38,817 nt of DNA from contig JAQBGU010000173.1 of assembly GCA_032128375.1 (NCBI GenBank), forward strand, positions 1-38,817. The letters run 5' to 3'. Source of the stretch: Deltaproteobacteria bacterium (lineage in GTDB: Bacteria > Myxococcota_A > UBA9160 > SMWR01). The translations under genes and the position numbers were made by a program. Shown here in pieces: positions 1 to 10,008 of the stretch (positions are counted from its first letter, which is position 1; the number at the start of each line of letters is the position of its first letter). Below the pieces are notes generated by a model, which worked only from the letters and a program-made list of their open reading frames with translations, was not told where the DNA came from and did not search any database.

Positions 1-1
1 G

Positions 2-97
2 TCGGAGTCGCTGCTCGAAACTTCCCTCGAAGCCATGATTGATGGGCTGGTCTGCCCCGAACAGGTCCTGTGCGAAGCCAAGGAGAAAACCGCGTGA
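2..97 (+). CDS. 3' end of an upstream gene (partial), possibly a TetR-family regulator
   Basis: Open frame from the window edge, SESLLETSLEAMIDGLVCPEQVLCEAKEKTA*. Its TGA (95-97) overlaps the GTG at 94 (GTGA coupling). The LEAMIDGL helix and the position before an RND operon suggest TetR (inference). Confidence 0.45.
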   Translation, partial: SESLLETSLEAMIDGLVCPEQVLCEAKEKTA

Positions 98-1230
98 AGC
101 CTACGCAATCACTTCCCATTGTTTTCCTGGTGATGTCACTCGCGACTTTGCCAGCTTGCAACAAGGAAACCGAAGCCACGCTGGTGGTCTCAACTCCGGT
201 GATGGTGACGGCCGTGTCTGCACATACGCTGATCGACAAGATCCAGTCCACCGGCGAACTGCTCGCAGTCGACGAAGCCAGCGTCGCAGCCGAAGTCGCC
301 GGACGGGTCACCGCGACGCTTCTCCCGGAAGGGGCGTCGGTCGAGGTCGGCGAAGTGGTCCTCGATATCGACGCCGAAAAGCGTCATCTCGAAGTCAACA
401 GCGAGCTCGCGCGGGTCGATGAAGCCCGCCAGGGCATCGAGCGCGAGGAGCGCGAAGCGAAACGTATACGCAGCCTGCACTCGAAGCACGCCGCGTCCGT
501 GTCTGCTTTGGAAAAGGCCGAAACGGATCTTTCTGCTGCGCGCTCCCGCTATTCGGCAGCGCGAGCCAATCTCGGCCTTGCACAGCGTGCACTCAGCGAC
601 GCCCGCGTGACGGCTCCGTTTTCGGGATTGATCGCCCGGCGCTACGTCAGCGTCGGCGACTTCGTCTCACCCGGCCAGAAACTCTTCGATCTGATCGCAC
701 TCGACCCGGTGGAGGTCGAGTTTCATCTGACCGAGCGGGACTCGGGCCGCGTCCACAACGGCGACCAGGTAAGTGTCCGAGTTGCGCCGTATCCAGACGA
801 GGTCTTTATCGCCACCGTGACTGTGGTCTCGCCGCGCATCGACCCGATGACACGCACGCTGCGCGTGAAGGCGACGCTGTCGAATCCCGACGGGCGTCTG
901 CGTCCGGGGCTGTTCGCCCGCGCCGACCTCGGGATCGCCGAGAGGCATGGCGTACCGATGATTCCAGAAGATGCGGTTCTGCAGCGCTCGGATGGCGCAA
1001 TCGTCTTCCTGATGGACGGAACCAACCGGGTCGAGCGTCGCACGATACGTCTCGGCGGTTTCCACGCTGGCATGGTCGAAGCGGTCAGCGGTCTGAAGAT
1101 CGGAGAACAGGTCGTCGTGCGCGGTCATGCGCGATTGATCAACGGTTCGCCAGTTGACGTTCGCCAGCGCGACGGCTCGCTGCGCGGCTCGTCGATCGCG
1201 CGGAGCGCAGAGTCCGAGGGTGGGGCATGA
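94..1230 (+). CDS. RND efflux periplasmic adaptor (membrane fusion protein), lipoprotein
   Basis: GTG at 94 with AGGAG upstream. Lipobox-like LPAC, lipoyl-like halves (AEVAGRV...APFSGLI), coiled-coil hairpin, IDPMTRTLRVKA and LRPGLF motifs. ATGA overlap with the permease. Confidence 0.93.
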   Translation: MKPTQSLPIVFLVMSLATLPACNKETEATLVVSTPVMVTAVSAHTLIDKIQSTGELLAVDEASVAAEVAGRVTATLLPEGASVEVGEVVLDIDAEKRHLEVNSELARVDEARQGIEREEREAKRIRSLHSKHAASVSALEKAETDLSAARSRYSAARANLGLAQRALSDARVTAPFSGLIARRYVSVGDFVSPGQKLFDLIALDPVEVEFHLTERDSGRVHNGDQVSVRVAPYPDEVFIATVTVVSPRIDPMTRTLRVKATLSNPDGRLRPGLFARADLGIAERHGVPMIPEDAVLQRSDGAIVFLMDGTNRVERRTIRLGGFHAGMVEAVSGLKIGEQVVVRGHARLINGSPVDVRQRDGSLRGSSIARSAESEGGA

Positions 1231-4200
1231 GCCTATCCGACCTTTCGATCCAGCGTCCGATCCTCACCTGGATGATGACGCTCGCGCTGATCGTGTTCGG
1301 CGTGCTGGGCTATCAGCGCCTGGGGATGGACCAGTTTCCGACCATGGAATTCCCGATGCTGACCGTCAGCGCCGAATTGGCGGGTGCGAGCCCGGAGGGG
1401 ATGGAAGAGGACGTCACCGATGTCCTCGAAGAGCAGCTGAACACGATCGCCGGCGTGAGAAAGATCCGATCGCAGACTTTCCCCGGCGCCGCCCAGATCA
1501 CAGTCGAATTCGGTCTCGGAACCAACCTGGACATCGCGGCTCAGGAAGTCCGCGACAAGGTCGCTCGTGTCCGCAAGCTGCTTCCCGATGACATGGAAAT
1601 ACCCAACGTCGGGAACTTCAACCCCAACGATCAGCCCATTTTGTGGATCCCATTCAAGTCGAAGCTTCCCGCCGTGGATGCCAGCGAGTATATCCGCCGC
1701 GAGGTCAAGCCCGTATTCGAAACGATTCCGGGTGTGGCTGGTGTTGCGATGTTCGGCCAGATGAATCGCAACATTCGCATCTGGCTCGACGGAGACGAGC
1801 TGCGCTCGCGCGGACTCTCGGCGGGCGATGTGCACGCAGCGCTCAAGCGGGAGCACATCGAAGTTCCCGGCGGCATGATCGAAAGCGGGCGCATCGAATA
1901 CGGGATCAAGACCGATGCCGAATTCACCACGCTCGCCGGACTCGAGCGACTCGTAGTCGCACACCGCAGCAATACTCCCATTCATCTCTCAGATGTCGCG
2001 CGTGTCGAAGACGGGGCCCAGGACATCCGAGTCGTCTCCCGCTACAACGGCATCACCACGGTCGGAATCGGCATCCGGAAGCAGAGTGGTGGGAACTCGG
2101 TGTCGATCATCGACGAGGTCTACAGCCGGCTCGATACGATCTCCGAATCGCTGCCCGAGGGCCTGTCGATCGATTCGTCGGTCGGATTCATCGATTTTTC
2201 GCGTTCGATCCGCGAAGCGGTGGCCGAGGCCAAGTTCACGCTGGTTTTCGGCGCGGCATTGGCGGTATTCACCGTGTTCGTGTTCTTGCGCCGGACGCGT
2301 CCCACATTGATTGTCGCCGCGGCGATCCCGATCTCGCTGATCGCGAGCTTCGGTCTCGTCTGGTTGTTCGGTTACACGCTGAACACGATGACGCTGTTGG
2401 GAATGACGCTCGCGGTGGGCGTCGTGATCGACGATGCGATCGTCGTACTCGAAAACATCGAGCGACACCGAGAGGCCGGTGAGAACGCTCGCGACGCCGC
2501 GAGAAAAGGCACCCGCGAGATCGCGTTCGCGGCTACTGCTGCGACCGTATCGGTGGCTGCCGTGTTTCTGCCGGTCATCTTCGTCGAGGGCATCGTCGGC
2601 AGCTTCATGGGTTCGTTCGGTTTGACCGTCGCGGGTTCGGTATTGATCTCGCTGTTCGTAGCACTCACGCTCACGCCGATGCTGGCGGCGCGAATGCCAC
2701 CGCCCAAAGAGCGAAGTCACGGCAGCATCTACCATCGACTCGAGCTCGCCCTCCTTGCGACAGAACGCGGCTACAAGAGAATGCTCGACCTGACACTGGC
2801 GCACCGCGGCAAGACTGTCGCGGTCGCGTTGTGCACGGTCGGCATCTCGTTTGCGTTCGGTTCGGACCTCGATACGGAGTTTTTTCCGTCGTCCGACGGC
2901 GGCATCTTCTTTGCCCAAATCGAGGCACCGCCGGGAAGCTCTGTGGCTGCGACGCTCGAATACCTGTCCATGGACGAACAGTGGATGCTCGATCAGCCCG
3001 AAATCGCGGGTCTGTTCTCTGCGGTCGGGAGTACGGGTTCCAGTGGTCCATCGCTGCCGAACCACGGGATGATGTTCGGTTCGCTTTCGCCGCGCGACGA
3101 ACGCGATCGCAGCGTGCAGGAGATCATCGCTGAGGCGCGCGCGACGCTCGCAAAGATCCCGGGACGCGTGATTCGGATCTTCAATCCGGGAGCGATGATG
3201 CGAGGGGGCAGTGGAGGATCGTTCGAAGTCCAGCTGCGTGGAAACCTGCCGCTCGAGGAACTCGCAGCGTTGTCCGACCAGATGATCGCCGCCCTCGAGG
3301 CGCGCGGCGGACTCGTCGACCTGGACAAGAGCCTGAAGCTCGGGTTGCCCGAAGTCCGCGTCATCCCAGACCGCGAGAAGGCCGCGGCGCTCGGTGTCGA
3401 TAGCCAGACGATCGCGAGTGAGATTCAGTTGATGATCGGCGGCATGGATGTCGGCATCTTCAAAGAGGCGGGACGTAGATTCGACATCCGAATGCGACTG
3501 GAGGAGGAAGACCGTTCCGATCCCGATGCGGTTCGGCGCTTGTATGTAAGGTCGAAGACCGGCGAGCTGGTGGAGCTCGGCAACGTGGTCCAGACGCAAC
3601 TCGGCGCAGCTCCGTCCGCGATTACCCGGACGGATCGCCAACGCAGCGTGACGATCTCGGCGAACCTCGCCGGCAAGACGCTAGGCGAAGCAGTCGAAGA
3701 CGCACAGCAGGTCGCGGCCGAAATCCTACCCCGAGGTGTCAAGCTCGAACTCGCAGGTCAGGCACAGGACATGATCGAAAGTGCTCGACAATTCGGTGTC
3801 GCGATCCTGCTCGGAATCCTCGTCATCTACATGGTGCTCGCGGCGCAATTCGAAAGTCTCGTCCACCCGTTCACAGTCATGCTCGCACTGCCGCTGGCAA
3901 TCGTCGGCGCGCTCGGCGGTCTCTGGATAGCCGGCGCCACGATCAATCTGTTCAGCATGATCGGGATCGTGCTGTTGTTCGGGCTGGTGACAAAGAACTC
4001 GATTCTGCTGGTCGACTACGCGAATCAACTGCGCAGCCAGGGAATGGACAAGGTCACAGCGATGCGCACGGCGGCACCGGTTCGCATGCGCCCGGTGTTG
4101 ATGACCGCCATATCGATGATCTTCGGCGTCCTTCCCGCCGCGCTGGGCATCGGCCCGGGTGCGGAGAGTCGGGCACCGATGGCGATCGCCACAGCGGCGG

Positions 4201-4346
4201 GAATGTTCTCGTCGACCCTGCTGACACTGCTGGTCGTCCCGGTCTTCTATCTGTTGTTCGACGACGCAGCCGAATGGGTCTCCGACAAGCTCGGGTTCGC
4301 ACCTCGTACACTCGAGCCGGTCAAGGATCCGCAGACCGCGCCCTAG
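1227..4346 (+). CDS. RND efflux transporter permease (AcrB/AcrD/AcrF family)
   Basis: 1039 aa. N-terminal SIQRP; proton-relay motifs GVVIDDAIVVLENI, GLVTKNSILLVDY and RMRPVLMT. Confidence 0.96.
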   Translation: MSLSDLSIQRPILTWMMTLALIVFGVLGYQRLGMDQFPTMEFPMLTVSAELAGASPEGMEEDVTDVLEEQLNTIAGVRKIRSQTFPGAAQITVEFGLGTNLDIAAQEVRDKVARVRKLLPDDMEIPNVGNFNPNDQPILWIPFKSKLPAVDASEYIRREVKPVFETIPGVAGVAMFGQMNRNIRIWLDGDELRSRGLSAGDVHAALKREHIEVPGGMIESGRIEYGIKTDAEFTTLAGLERLVVAHRSNTPIHLSDVARVEDGAQDIRVVSRYNGITTVGIGIRKQSGGNSVSIIDEVYSRLDTISESLPEGLSIDSSVGFIDFSRSIREAVAEAKFTLVFGAALAVFTVFVFLRRTRPTLIVAAAIPISLIASFGLVWLFGYTLNTMTLLGMTLAVGVVIDDAIVVLENIERHREAGENARDAARKGTREIAFAATAATVSVAAVFLPVIFVEGIVGSFMGSFGLTVAGSVLISLFVALTLTPMLAARMPPPKERSHGSIYHRLELALLATERGYKRMLDLTLAHRGKTVAVALCTVGISFAFGSDLDTEFFPSSDGGIFFAQIEAPPGSSVAATLEYLSMDEQWMLDQPEIAGLFSAVGSTGSSGPSLPNHGMMFGSLSPRDERDRSVQEIIAEARATLAKIPGRVIRIFNPGAMMRGGSGGSFEVQLRGNLPLEELAALSDQMIAALEARGGLVDLDKSLKLGLPEVRVIPDREKAAALGVDSQTIASEIQLMIGGMDVGIFKEAGRRFDIRMRLEEEDRSDPDAVRRLYVRSKTGELVELGNVVQTQLGAAPSAITRTDRQRSVTISANLAGKTLGEAVEDAQQVAAEILPRGVKLELAGQAQDMIESARQFGVAILLGILVIYMVLAAQFESLVHPFTVMLALPLAIVGALGGLWIAGATINLFSMIGIVLLFGLVTKNSILLVDYANQLRSQGMDKVTAMRTAAPVRMRPVLMTAISMIFGVLPAALGIGPGAESRAPMAIATAAGMFSSTLLTLLVVPVFYLLFDDAAEWVSDKLGFAPRTLEPVKDPQTAP

Positions 4347-5970
4347 TCTCGGTGTCACCTGGCCGAAACTGGCGGTATCCGGAAGCCGAACCGCCAGCGC
4401 CGACCAGGAATGTCGGCGGTGCCGTCTCCATCATTTGCGGGTCTTTCAACCACGCTTGCTCCGAATGGCGCGATGGACAGCGAAGCCCTGTGATTGCGTA
4501 GAGTGGGCTGGCGAAGAAATTTCTGACACATAGCGTGTCGCCGGGAACCGCTACTTGCCGGATCTCTCGTCCCATGCTTTCCAAATTTCGATAATTGTAT
4601 CCGTACGGCCCGCGAAAAATATCGAGGTAGACATCGCGCTCGATGCCCCCCGTGACGAATTGCCACCAGAGCCCCGTGCTGTGCGCATAATTCGAGTCGG
4701 CGTTGTCGGGTCTCGGAAACTGAGCGGCACACGACGCCAGCAATAGCACAAGGGCCGCACCCACTTGCGCGAACGGTCGCCCACCCCAGATCCGATGAAC
4801 AGCGAGGACGAACATGGCCGCAAGAAACGGCGTCATCACGACCATGTGATAGGGAAAGAACAACCGCTGCATGAGCATCGATGCGAAAGCCAGGCCGCAC
4901 AGCACGTAGATGACGCGCGCCAACGTCCGTCGTTCCCGATTGACTGAACGAATGCCGAGCGACGCGGCAAGACCTGCAGCTGCAAACACCACACTGAAAG
5001 GGGTCATCCATTCGAACATCGATTCGGAAAAGTGCCAGCGAAATCCGATCACACAGGCAACAGACGTCGCACAATTGAAACACACGCTCCATGCGGTGCG
5101 GACGCGGCGCAGAAGACGCAAGCCCGCGCCATGGATCAATGCGGCTACCCAGGCAGGGCCAGCCAACACCGCGGTTGCGTGATAGAAATAGTTCGCGGGA
5201 TGCAGCGGAGCACTGGGTTGATCTTTCACATAGACCCACAGATCGACGACCAATTGCCTCCAAATCGCGTCCACATGGCCTGCGATCACGAAGGGTAGTA
5301 CCGAGGCGACGACCACCAGCCATGCGCCACAGGAAAACACGAATCCCGCAACCAGAGCTCCGCGCCAGCGTCCGACTTCGCAAGCGCGCGACATGCAAAA
5401 GACCGCGATGCCGATCGCTACCAGGGCTGCCGGAAATTTGAACAGGAAACCCAGGCCGGCCAGCGCGCCTGCAACGAACGCGCCCCGTTGCACTCGACGA
5501 GAACGCGCAGCAACCAGCGCAGCCGCAATGAGGAAGAGCCCCTCCCAGAGTTCCGGCTGAGACGTATGCCAGAAATCGAACAACGCGTGGTAGATGCCAA
5601 CCGTAATGATGGCGGCGGCTCCCGACAACCCATCGCGCAGCTCGACTTTGGTCTCCACCATCCTGGCGACGATGAATCCGATCAGTAGTAGCGTGAACAG
5701 GTCGACAACGCGAAGGCCCCATTGGTTCTTGCCAAAGACCCAATAGTGGAAGGCGTGAACGAGGTGAATTCCAATCGGCTTGTTGGACGCGCCGCCCTCC
5801 GCGTAGGGCCACAGGCCTTGAAGAAGGCTATCTCCCAGATAGGCATGGGCCCCCTGATCGGCCCCGAACGGATACCACAAGGTCGGCACTGCATAGATCG
5901 CTGCGATCAGGCAGCCGATCAGGTTTGCCGGACCCAGCCTGCGGATCCACTGCCCGAACCAGATACTCAC
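4321..5970 (-). CDS. Polytopic membrane protein, probable GT-C (ArnT/PMT-like) glycosyltransferase
   Basis: Many hydrophobic segments. First loop DQG...PY...NKPIGIH, then QPE, GFLFKFP and FFPYH, as in ArnT-like proteins. Overlaps the convergent RND gene by 26 bp. Confidence 0.65.
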   Translation of the reverse strand: MSIWFGQWIRRLGPANLIGCLIAAIYAVPTLWYPFGADQGAHAYLGDSLLQGLWPYAEGGASNKPIGIHLVHAFHYWVFGKNQWGLRVVDLFTLLLIGFIVARMVETKVELRDGLSGAAAIITVGIYHALFDFWHTSQPELWEGLFLIAAALVAARSRRVQRGAFVAGALAGLGFLFKFPAALVAIGIAVFCMSRACEVGRWRGALVAGFVFSCGAWLVVVASVLPFVIAGHVDAIWRQLVVDLWVYVKDQPSAPLHPANYFYHATAVLAGPAWVAALIHGAGLRLLRRVRTAWSVCFNCATSVACVIGFRWHFSESMFEWMTPFSVVFAAAGLAASLGIRSVNRERRTLARVIYVLCGLAFASMLMQRLFFPYHMVVMTPFLAAMFVLAVHRIWGGRPFAQVGAALVLLLASCAAQFPRPDNADSNYAHSTGLWWQFVTGGIERDVYLDIFRGPYGYNYRNLESMGREIRQVAVPGDTLCVRNFFASPLYAITGLRCPSRHSEQAWLKDPQMMETAPPTFLVGAGGSASGYRQFRPGDTETRARSADP

Positions 5971-6036
5971 GCGAGGACGCTAGCACCGGGCCCTGCTGCG
6001 CGTTCTTAGATGCGCGGAGCATCACGAGAACTGGGA

Positions 6037-6059
6037 GCCCGACCCGAGATGGGTCGGGC
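6037..6059. terminator. GC-rich hairpin, possible terminator or mRNA stability element
   Basis: GCCCGACCC-GAGAT-GGGTCGGGC, a perfect 9-bp stem just downstream of the SDR stop. No clear U-tract. Confidence 0.3.
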
Positions 6060-6114
6060 GACGACGTGGAAGCGTTCGCCGCGCAGCGGCGAACGCACAA
6101 CCAGCGACGACGCT

Positions 6115-6861
6115 TCAGTCCGCGACGTAGCGCGGGGTGATGCTCGAGACCGGCACGGCTTCGGATCCGGCGAGCAGGTCGGCGACGTGTCTGCCGATCA
6201 CCGCTGGCTCCATGATTCGGCCGAACATCCGACCCTCGTTCACCCATCGCCCAACGTGTTCGCCTCCGGTGGTCGGATCCCAGCCCAACCCGATCTCGGT
6301 AGCTCCCGTATCTCCGACGCTGAGCCGCGTGAAGCCGATGCTGTGGTGTTCCACCTGCCACAGCGCGACGAGCTTTTCGAGCGCAGACTTCGTCGCAACG
6401 TAGAGTGCGATTCCGGAACGAGGCGGATTTTCGCTCGCGGAGATCGACGACAAGTAGATCGCGCGACCTCGACTGGCCGACAACGCATCGACTGCCGCGC
6501 GGGTAACCAGCGCGGCGCCGACCACATTCGTTTCGAACGCATCGCGCCAGCGCTCGGCATCGGCGTCGCGCAACGCGACTAGCGGCGCAATACCTGCCGC
6601 GTAGATCAGGGCATCGAGACCTCCGAGCCTGCCGAGTGCTGCTGCGACTCCGCGCTGGCACGAGTCTTCGTCGCGAACATCCAACTCGACGGGCACCGCC
6701 ACGCCGTCGAACTCCCTCGCGAGGTTCTCGAGTTGCGACAGGCGCCGCGCCGCGACAGCAACATCCGCGCCCTCACGTGACAACACAGTGGCGATCGAAC
6801 GCCCGATCCCAGAGGACGCACCGACAACGAGCGCGCGACATCCTTCCAACCGACGCGTCAC
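6115..6861 (-). CDS. Short-chain dehydrogenase/reductase (SDR)
   Basis: GASSGIG Rossmann motif and catalytic YVATK. GTG at 6861 overlaps the upstream TGA (GTGA), so the longer ORF start at 7128 is unlikely. Confidence 0.9.
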   Translation of the reverse strand: MTRRLEGCRALVVGASSGIGRSIATVLSREGADVAVAARRLSQLENLAREFDGVAVPVELDVRDEDSCQRGVAAALGRLGGLDALIYAAGIAPLVALRDADAERWRDAFETNVVGAALVTRAAVDALSASRGRAIYLSSISASENPPRSGIALYVATKSALEKLVALWQVEHHSIGFTRLSVGDTGATEIGLGWDPTTGGEHVGRWVNEGRMFGRIMEPAVIGRHVADLLAGSEAVPVSSITPRYVAD

Positions 6862-7571
6862 CTGGCGGTCACCAACCTGCCGGCGGCTTCGGCCATCGCC
6901 CGATAGGCGCGGCGCTCGGATGGATCGATCGCAGCCAGATGCCGCTTCACGGTCTCGATATCTCCGCGCGCAACCGGACCGGTGATTGCGGCAGCCGGCC
7001 CCAGTTGTTCGACGTTGTCGACTGTTTCGCGCACCAGATCGAGATACACGTTCAGCGGGACATTCGCCTGGGCGGCGACGCGCTCCACCTGACCCAGCAG
7101 CGCCACCAGGTGATTCGATGCGATACACGCAGCGGCGTGGTACTCCGCGCGGCGTTCATCGGCAACCTCGATGCATCGCCCGCCGAGATCCGATACGACT
7201 TGTGCCGCGATTGCGTCGCCGCCGATTGCGAACCAGGCGGCCGCAGCCAGTCGGCTCGCGCCGAGTTCCGGATTCGGCAACGAGACCAACGGATGGATGG
7301 CGGCTCGGCGCAGGTGTGGGCCCAAGACGCCGACCCCGAGTGAACCTGCCAGGTGGGCGATCGCGCAGCTCGCGCGCGGCCGGACCTGTGCCGCAACCGT
7401 TTTGATCGCAGCATCTGGAACAGAGATCAGCAACAAATCGACGTCGGCCGCCGCTTCGCAAAAATCGTCGTCACGACCGAGTGGCTCCGCGACCGACCAA
7501 CCGACGCGACGCAGAGCGATCGCGAAAGAAAGGCCTGCGCGACCTGGTCCGACGATCCGCAACGTGCGCAT
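6858..7571 (-). CDS. Rossmann-like + DUF2520 domain oxidoreductase (PanG-like family)
   Basis: IVGPGRAG, SVPD, HLAGS, HPL, YHAAACIASNHLV and ITGPVARGD...H motifs. Confidence 0.85.
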   Translation of the reverse strand: MRTLRIVGPGRAGLSFAIALRRVGWSVAEPLGRDDDFCEAAADVDLLLISVPDAAIKTVAAQVRPRASCAIAHLAGSLGVGVLGPHLRRAAIHPLVSLPNPELGASRLAAAAWFAIGGDAIAAQVVSDLGGRCIEVADERRAEYHAAACIASNHLVALLGQVERVAAQANVPLNVYLDLVRETVDNVEQLGPAAAITGPVARGDIETVKRHLAAIDPSERRAYRAMAEAAGRLVTAR

Positions 7572-7767
7572 GACGGGGCTCCTGGAAGTCCTCCCCGATC
7601 ATAGTCTTTCGCAAGCCCACAATCCGGGCCGTTTTGACGACGCTGGTCATCCAGGGGGTGTTTATCGCTTGCATCGCTGTGGTTGCCGCACCGTCAGCGT
7701 GAATCGAGCCTGATTCCACGCCAGCACTGCGCTATGCGTTGCGGCGACAACTCGGGGTGCGCGGCTC

Positions 7768-8958
7768 TTGAAAGTCCTGCTGATCCACAACTTCTATCAG
7801 CTGCGCGGCGGGGAGTGCGCGGTCTTCGAGTCGGAGCAGCAGATGCTTCGAGCTGCCGGGCACGAAGTCATCCTCTACACACGGCACAGCGATGAGATCT
7901 CGCAGAGCGGTCCGTTTGCGAGCACCGCTCTTCCCGTTCGCACGATCTGGAATCCCGAAAGTCATCGCGCTCTGAAGCGGCTCGTGGCCCGCGAATCTCC
8001 AGACGTGGCGCACTTCACGAACACATTTCCGCTCATCTCGCCGTCCGCATACTACGCGTGCTGCGCTGCCGGAATTCCGATCGTCCAGTCGATGCACAAC
8101 TACCGCTGGCTGTGTCCGGCAGCGACGTTCTTTCGCGACGGCCAGATCTGCGAAGAATGTGTAGAGCACTCCGTGCTGCGCAGTGTCCGATACGGCTGTT
8201 ACAGAGGCTCTCGACCCGCGAGTGCGGTGGTGGCAGCACTGATCGCAGTTCATCGTCGCCGAACTCTGTTCGAGTTGGTCGATCGATTCATCGCCTTGAC
8301 CGAATTCGCACGTGAAAAACTCGCGGCCGGCGGTCTACCGGTAGACCGAATCGTCGTCAAGCCGAACTGCGCCGATCTCGATTCCGCGTCCTGCGCTCCA
8401 ATCGCCGATCGCCGCTACGCGCTGTACTCCGGCCGCCTGAGCGCGGAAAAGGGGTTGCATACACTTCTCGATGCTTGGAAACGGCTTCCCCGAGGGATTC
8501 CGCTCCAGATCGCCGGAGACGGTCCGCTACGAGCCGAAATCGAACACAGGATCGCACACGAGTCCATTGCGAATGTGAGACTACTCGGAGCGCTCCCGCG
8601 CGATCGTTTGCTGGACACTCTGCGGCTTGCCCGGGTTCTGATATTCCCGAGCCTATGGTACGAGGGGATGCCGATGTCGATCATCGAGGCCTTCGCTCAT
8701 GGCGTACCGCCCATCGCGTCGCGCCTCGGCGGCATGGCCGAAATGATCGAAGACGGTCGCAATGGCGTGCTGTTTCGCGCCGGTGACCCGGACGATCTCG
8801 CCAACAAAGTGGAAGCGGCGTTCGGACGCGGCGAATCTCTCGCAGCGTTGGGCAGGGGCGCGCGACAAACCTTCGACACACGACACCGGACGACGCAGAA
8901 CTACGAGCGATTGATCGAAATCTATCGGGAGGCGATCGCTGCGAACTGCCAGCGCTGA
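7768..8958 (+). CDS. Family 4 glycosyltransferase (GT-B fold)
   Basis: MKVLLIHNFY...GGE, HNYR, Cys-rich CP...CEEC insert, GRLSAEKG and the EX7E motif YEGMPMSIIE. TTG start. Confidence 0.93.
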   Translation: MKVLLIHNFYQLRGGECAVFESEQQMLRAAGHEVILYTRHSDEISQSGPFASTALPVRTIWNPESHRALKRLVARESPDVAHFTNTFPLISPSAYYACCAAGIPIVQSMHNYRWLCPAATFFRDGQICEECVEHSVLRSVRYGCYRGSRPASAVVAALIAVHRRRTLFELVDRFIALTEFAREKLAAGGLPVDRIVVKPNCADLDSASCAPIADRRYALYSGRLSAEKGLHTLLDAWKRLPRGIPLQIAGDGPLRAEIEHRIAHESIANVRLLGALPRDRLLDTLRLARVLIFPSLWYEGMPMSIIEAFAHGVPPIASRLGGMAEMIEDGRNGVLFRAGDPDDLANKVEAAFGRGESLAALGRGARQTFDTRHRTTQNYERLIEIYREAIAANCQR

Positions 8959-8989
8959 CACCAGGCCAGCGCGAAGTCTCGCTCAATCA

Positions 8990-9865
8990 TCAATCGACTT
9001 CGAGCCGCTCGATCAAGCTCGAAGTATCGAGCCGACCGCCACCGTTCGACTGGAGTTCGGCGAAGAACCGCGCGACGGCTGCCGTCATTTCCAGCCTCGC
9101 ACCGTTGCGGCCGGCCTCGTCGAGCGCGATGCCGAGATCCTTGCACATCCAGTCGACGGCAAATCCGAAATCGAACCGCCGCTCGAGCATCGTGATCGCG
9201 CGGTTGTCCATCTGCCAGGATTGGGCCGCTCCCTGCGAGATGACCTCCACCACACGTTGTGCATCGAGACCCGATTTTTTGGCGAACTGCAGACCTTCTG
9301 AGAGCCCCTGCAGAACGCCGGCAATACAAATCTGGTTGACCATCTTCGACAGTTGACCCGAACCGGTTTCGCCCATCCACAGCGTCATTTTTGCGTAATG
9401 AGAAAGCAGCGGGGCGACGCGCTGGTATGTGCTCTCCTCGCCGCCGACCATGATCGTCAGCGCACCGCTTTCCGCTCCGCTCTGACCGCCGGAGACTGGG
9501 GCATCCAGGAACGCGACGCCCCGTCGCCGCGTATCTGCAGCCAACTCTCTCGCGAGCTGGGCGGAACCGGTGGTGTGATCGACCAGAACACCACCTGCAG
9601 CGAGCCCCGACAATGCCCCTTGATCGCCATGCACGACTGCCCGCACGTCGTCGTCGTTCCCACTGCAGAGCAGCGCCACCGACGCCCCGGAAACGGCCTC
9701 AGCCGGGCTCGCTGCGCTGCGACCACCGAACTCGGAAACCCAGGCCTGCGCCTTTTCGACGTTGCGGTTGTACACCGTGACGTTACAACCCGCTCGTGCG
9801 AGGTGACCCGCCATGGAGTAGCCCATGGTTCCCAGACATAGGAACGCAACATTTTCATCGCTCAT
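8990..9865 (-). CDS. NAD(P)-dependent beta-hydroxyacid dehydrogenase (3-hydroxyisobutyrate/tartronate semialdehyde reductase family)
   Basis: FLCLGTMGYSMA, VYNR, FLDAPVSGG, GSGQLSKMVNQ and KDLGIA motifs. Confidence 0.92.
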   Translation of the reverse strand: MSDENVAFLCLGTMGYSMAGHLARAGCNVTVYNRNVEKAQAWVSEFGGRSAASPAEAVSGASVALLCSGNDDDVRAVVHGDQGALSGLAAGGVLVDHTTGSAQLARELAADTRRRGVAFLDAPVSGGQSGAESGALTIMVGGEESTYQRVAPLLSHYAKMTLWMGETGSGQLSKMVNQICIAGVLQGLSEGLQFAKKSGLDAQRVVEVISQGAAQSWQMDNRAITMLERRFDFGFAVDWMCKDLGIALDEAGRNGARLEMTAAVARFFAELQSNGGGRLDTSSLIERLEVD

Positions 9866-10008
9866 GAATTTCTCTCACGCTTCGATTTTCTGCTGATTGC
9901 CGGCAGCCACCCATTGCCTGCCAGTCACGCGCACTACCTGCCAGCATCGGCGCCCTCCCCGCCCAGCAGCAGCGCGTCGATTCGCTCTGCGACAAGGCAA
10001 GCGACTGG

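Noticed and set aside
1989..3641. 550-aa minus-strand ORF
   Set aside because: Antisense shadow of the RND permease.
4355..5812. 485-aa minus-strand ORF
   Set aside because: Arg-rich alternative frame inside the GT-C-like gene.
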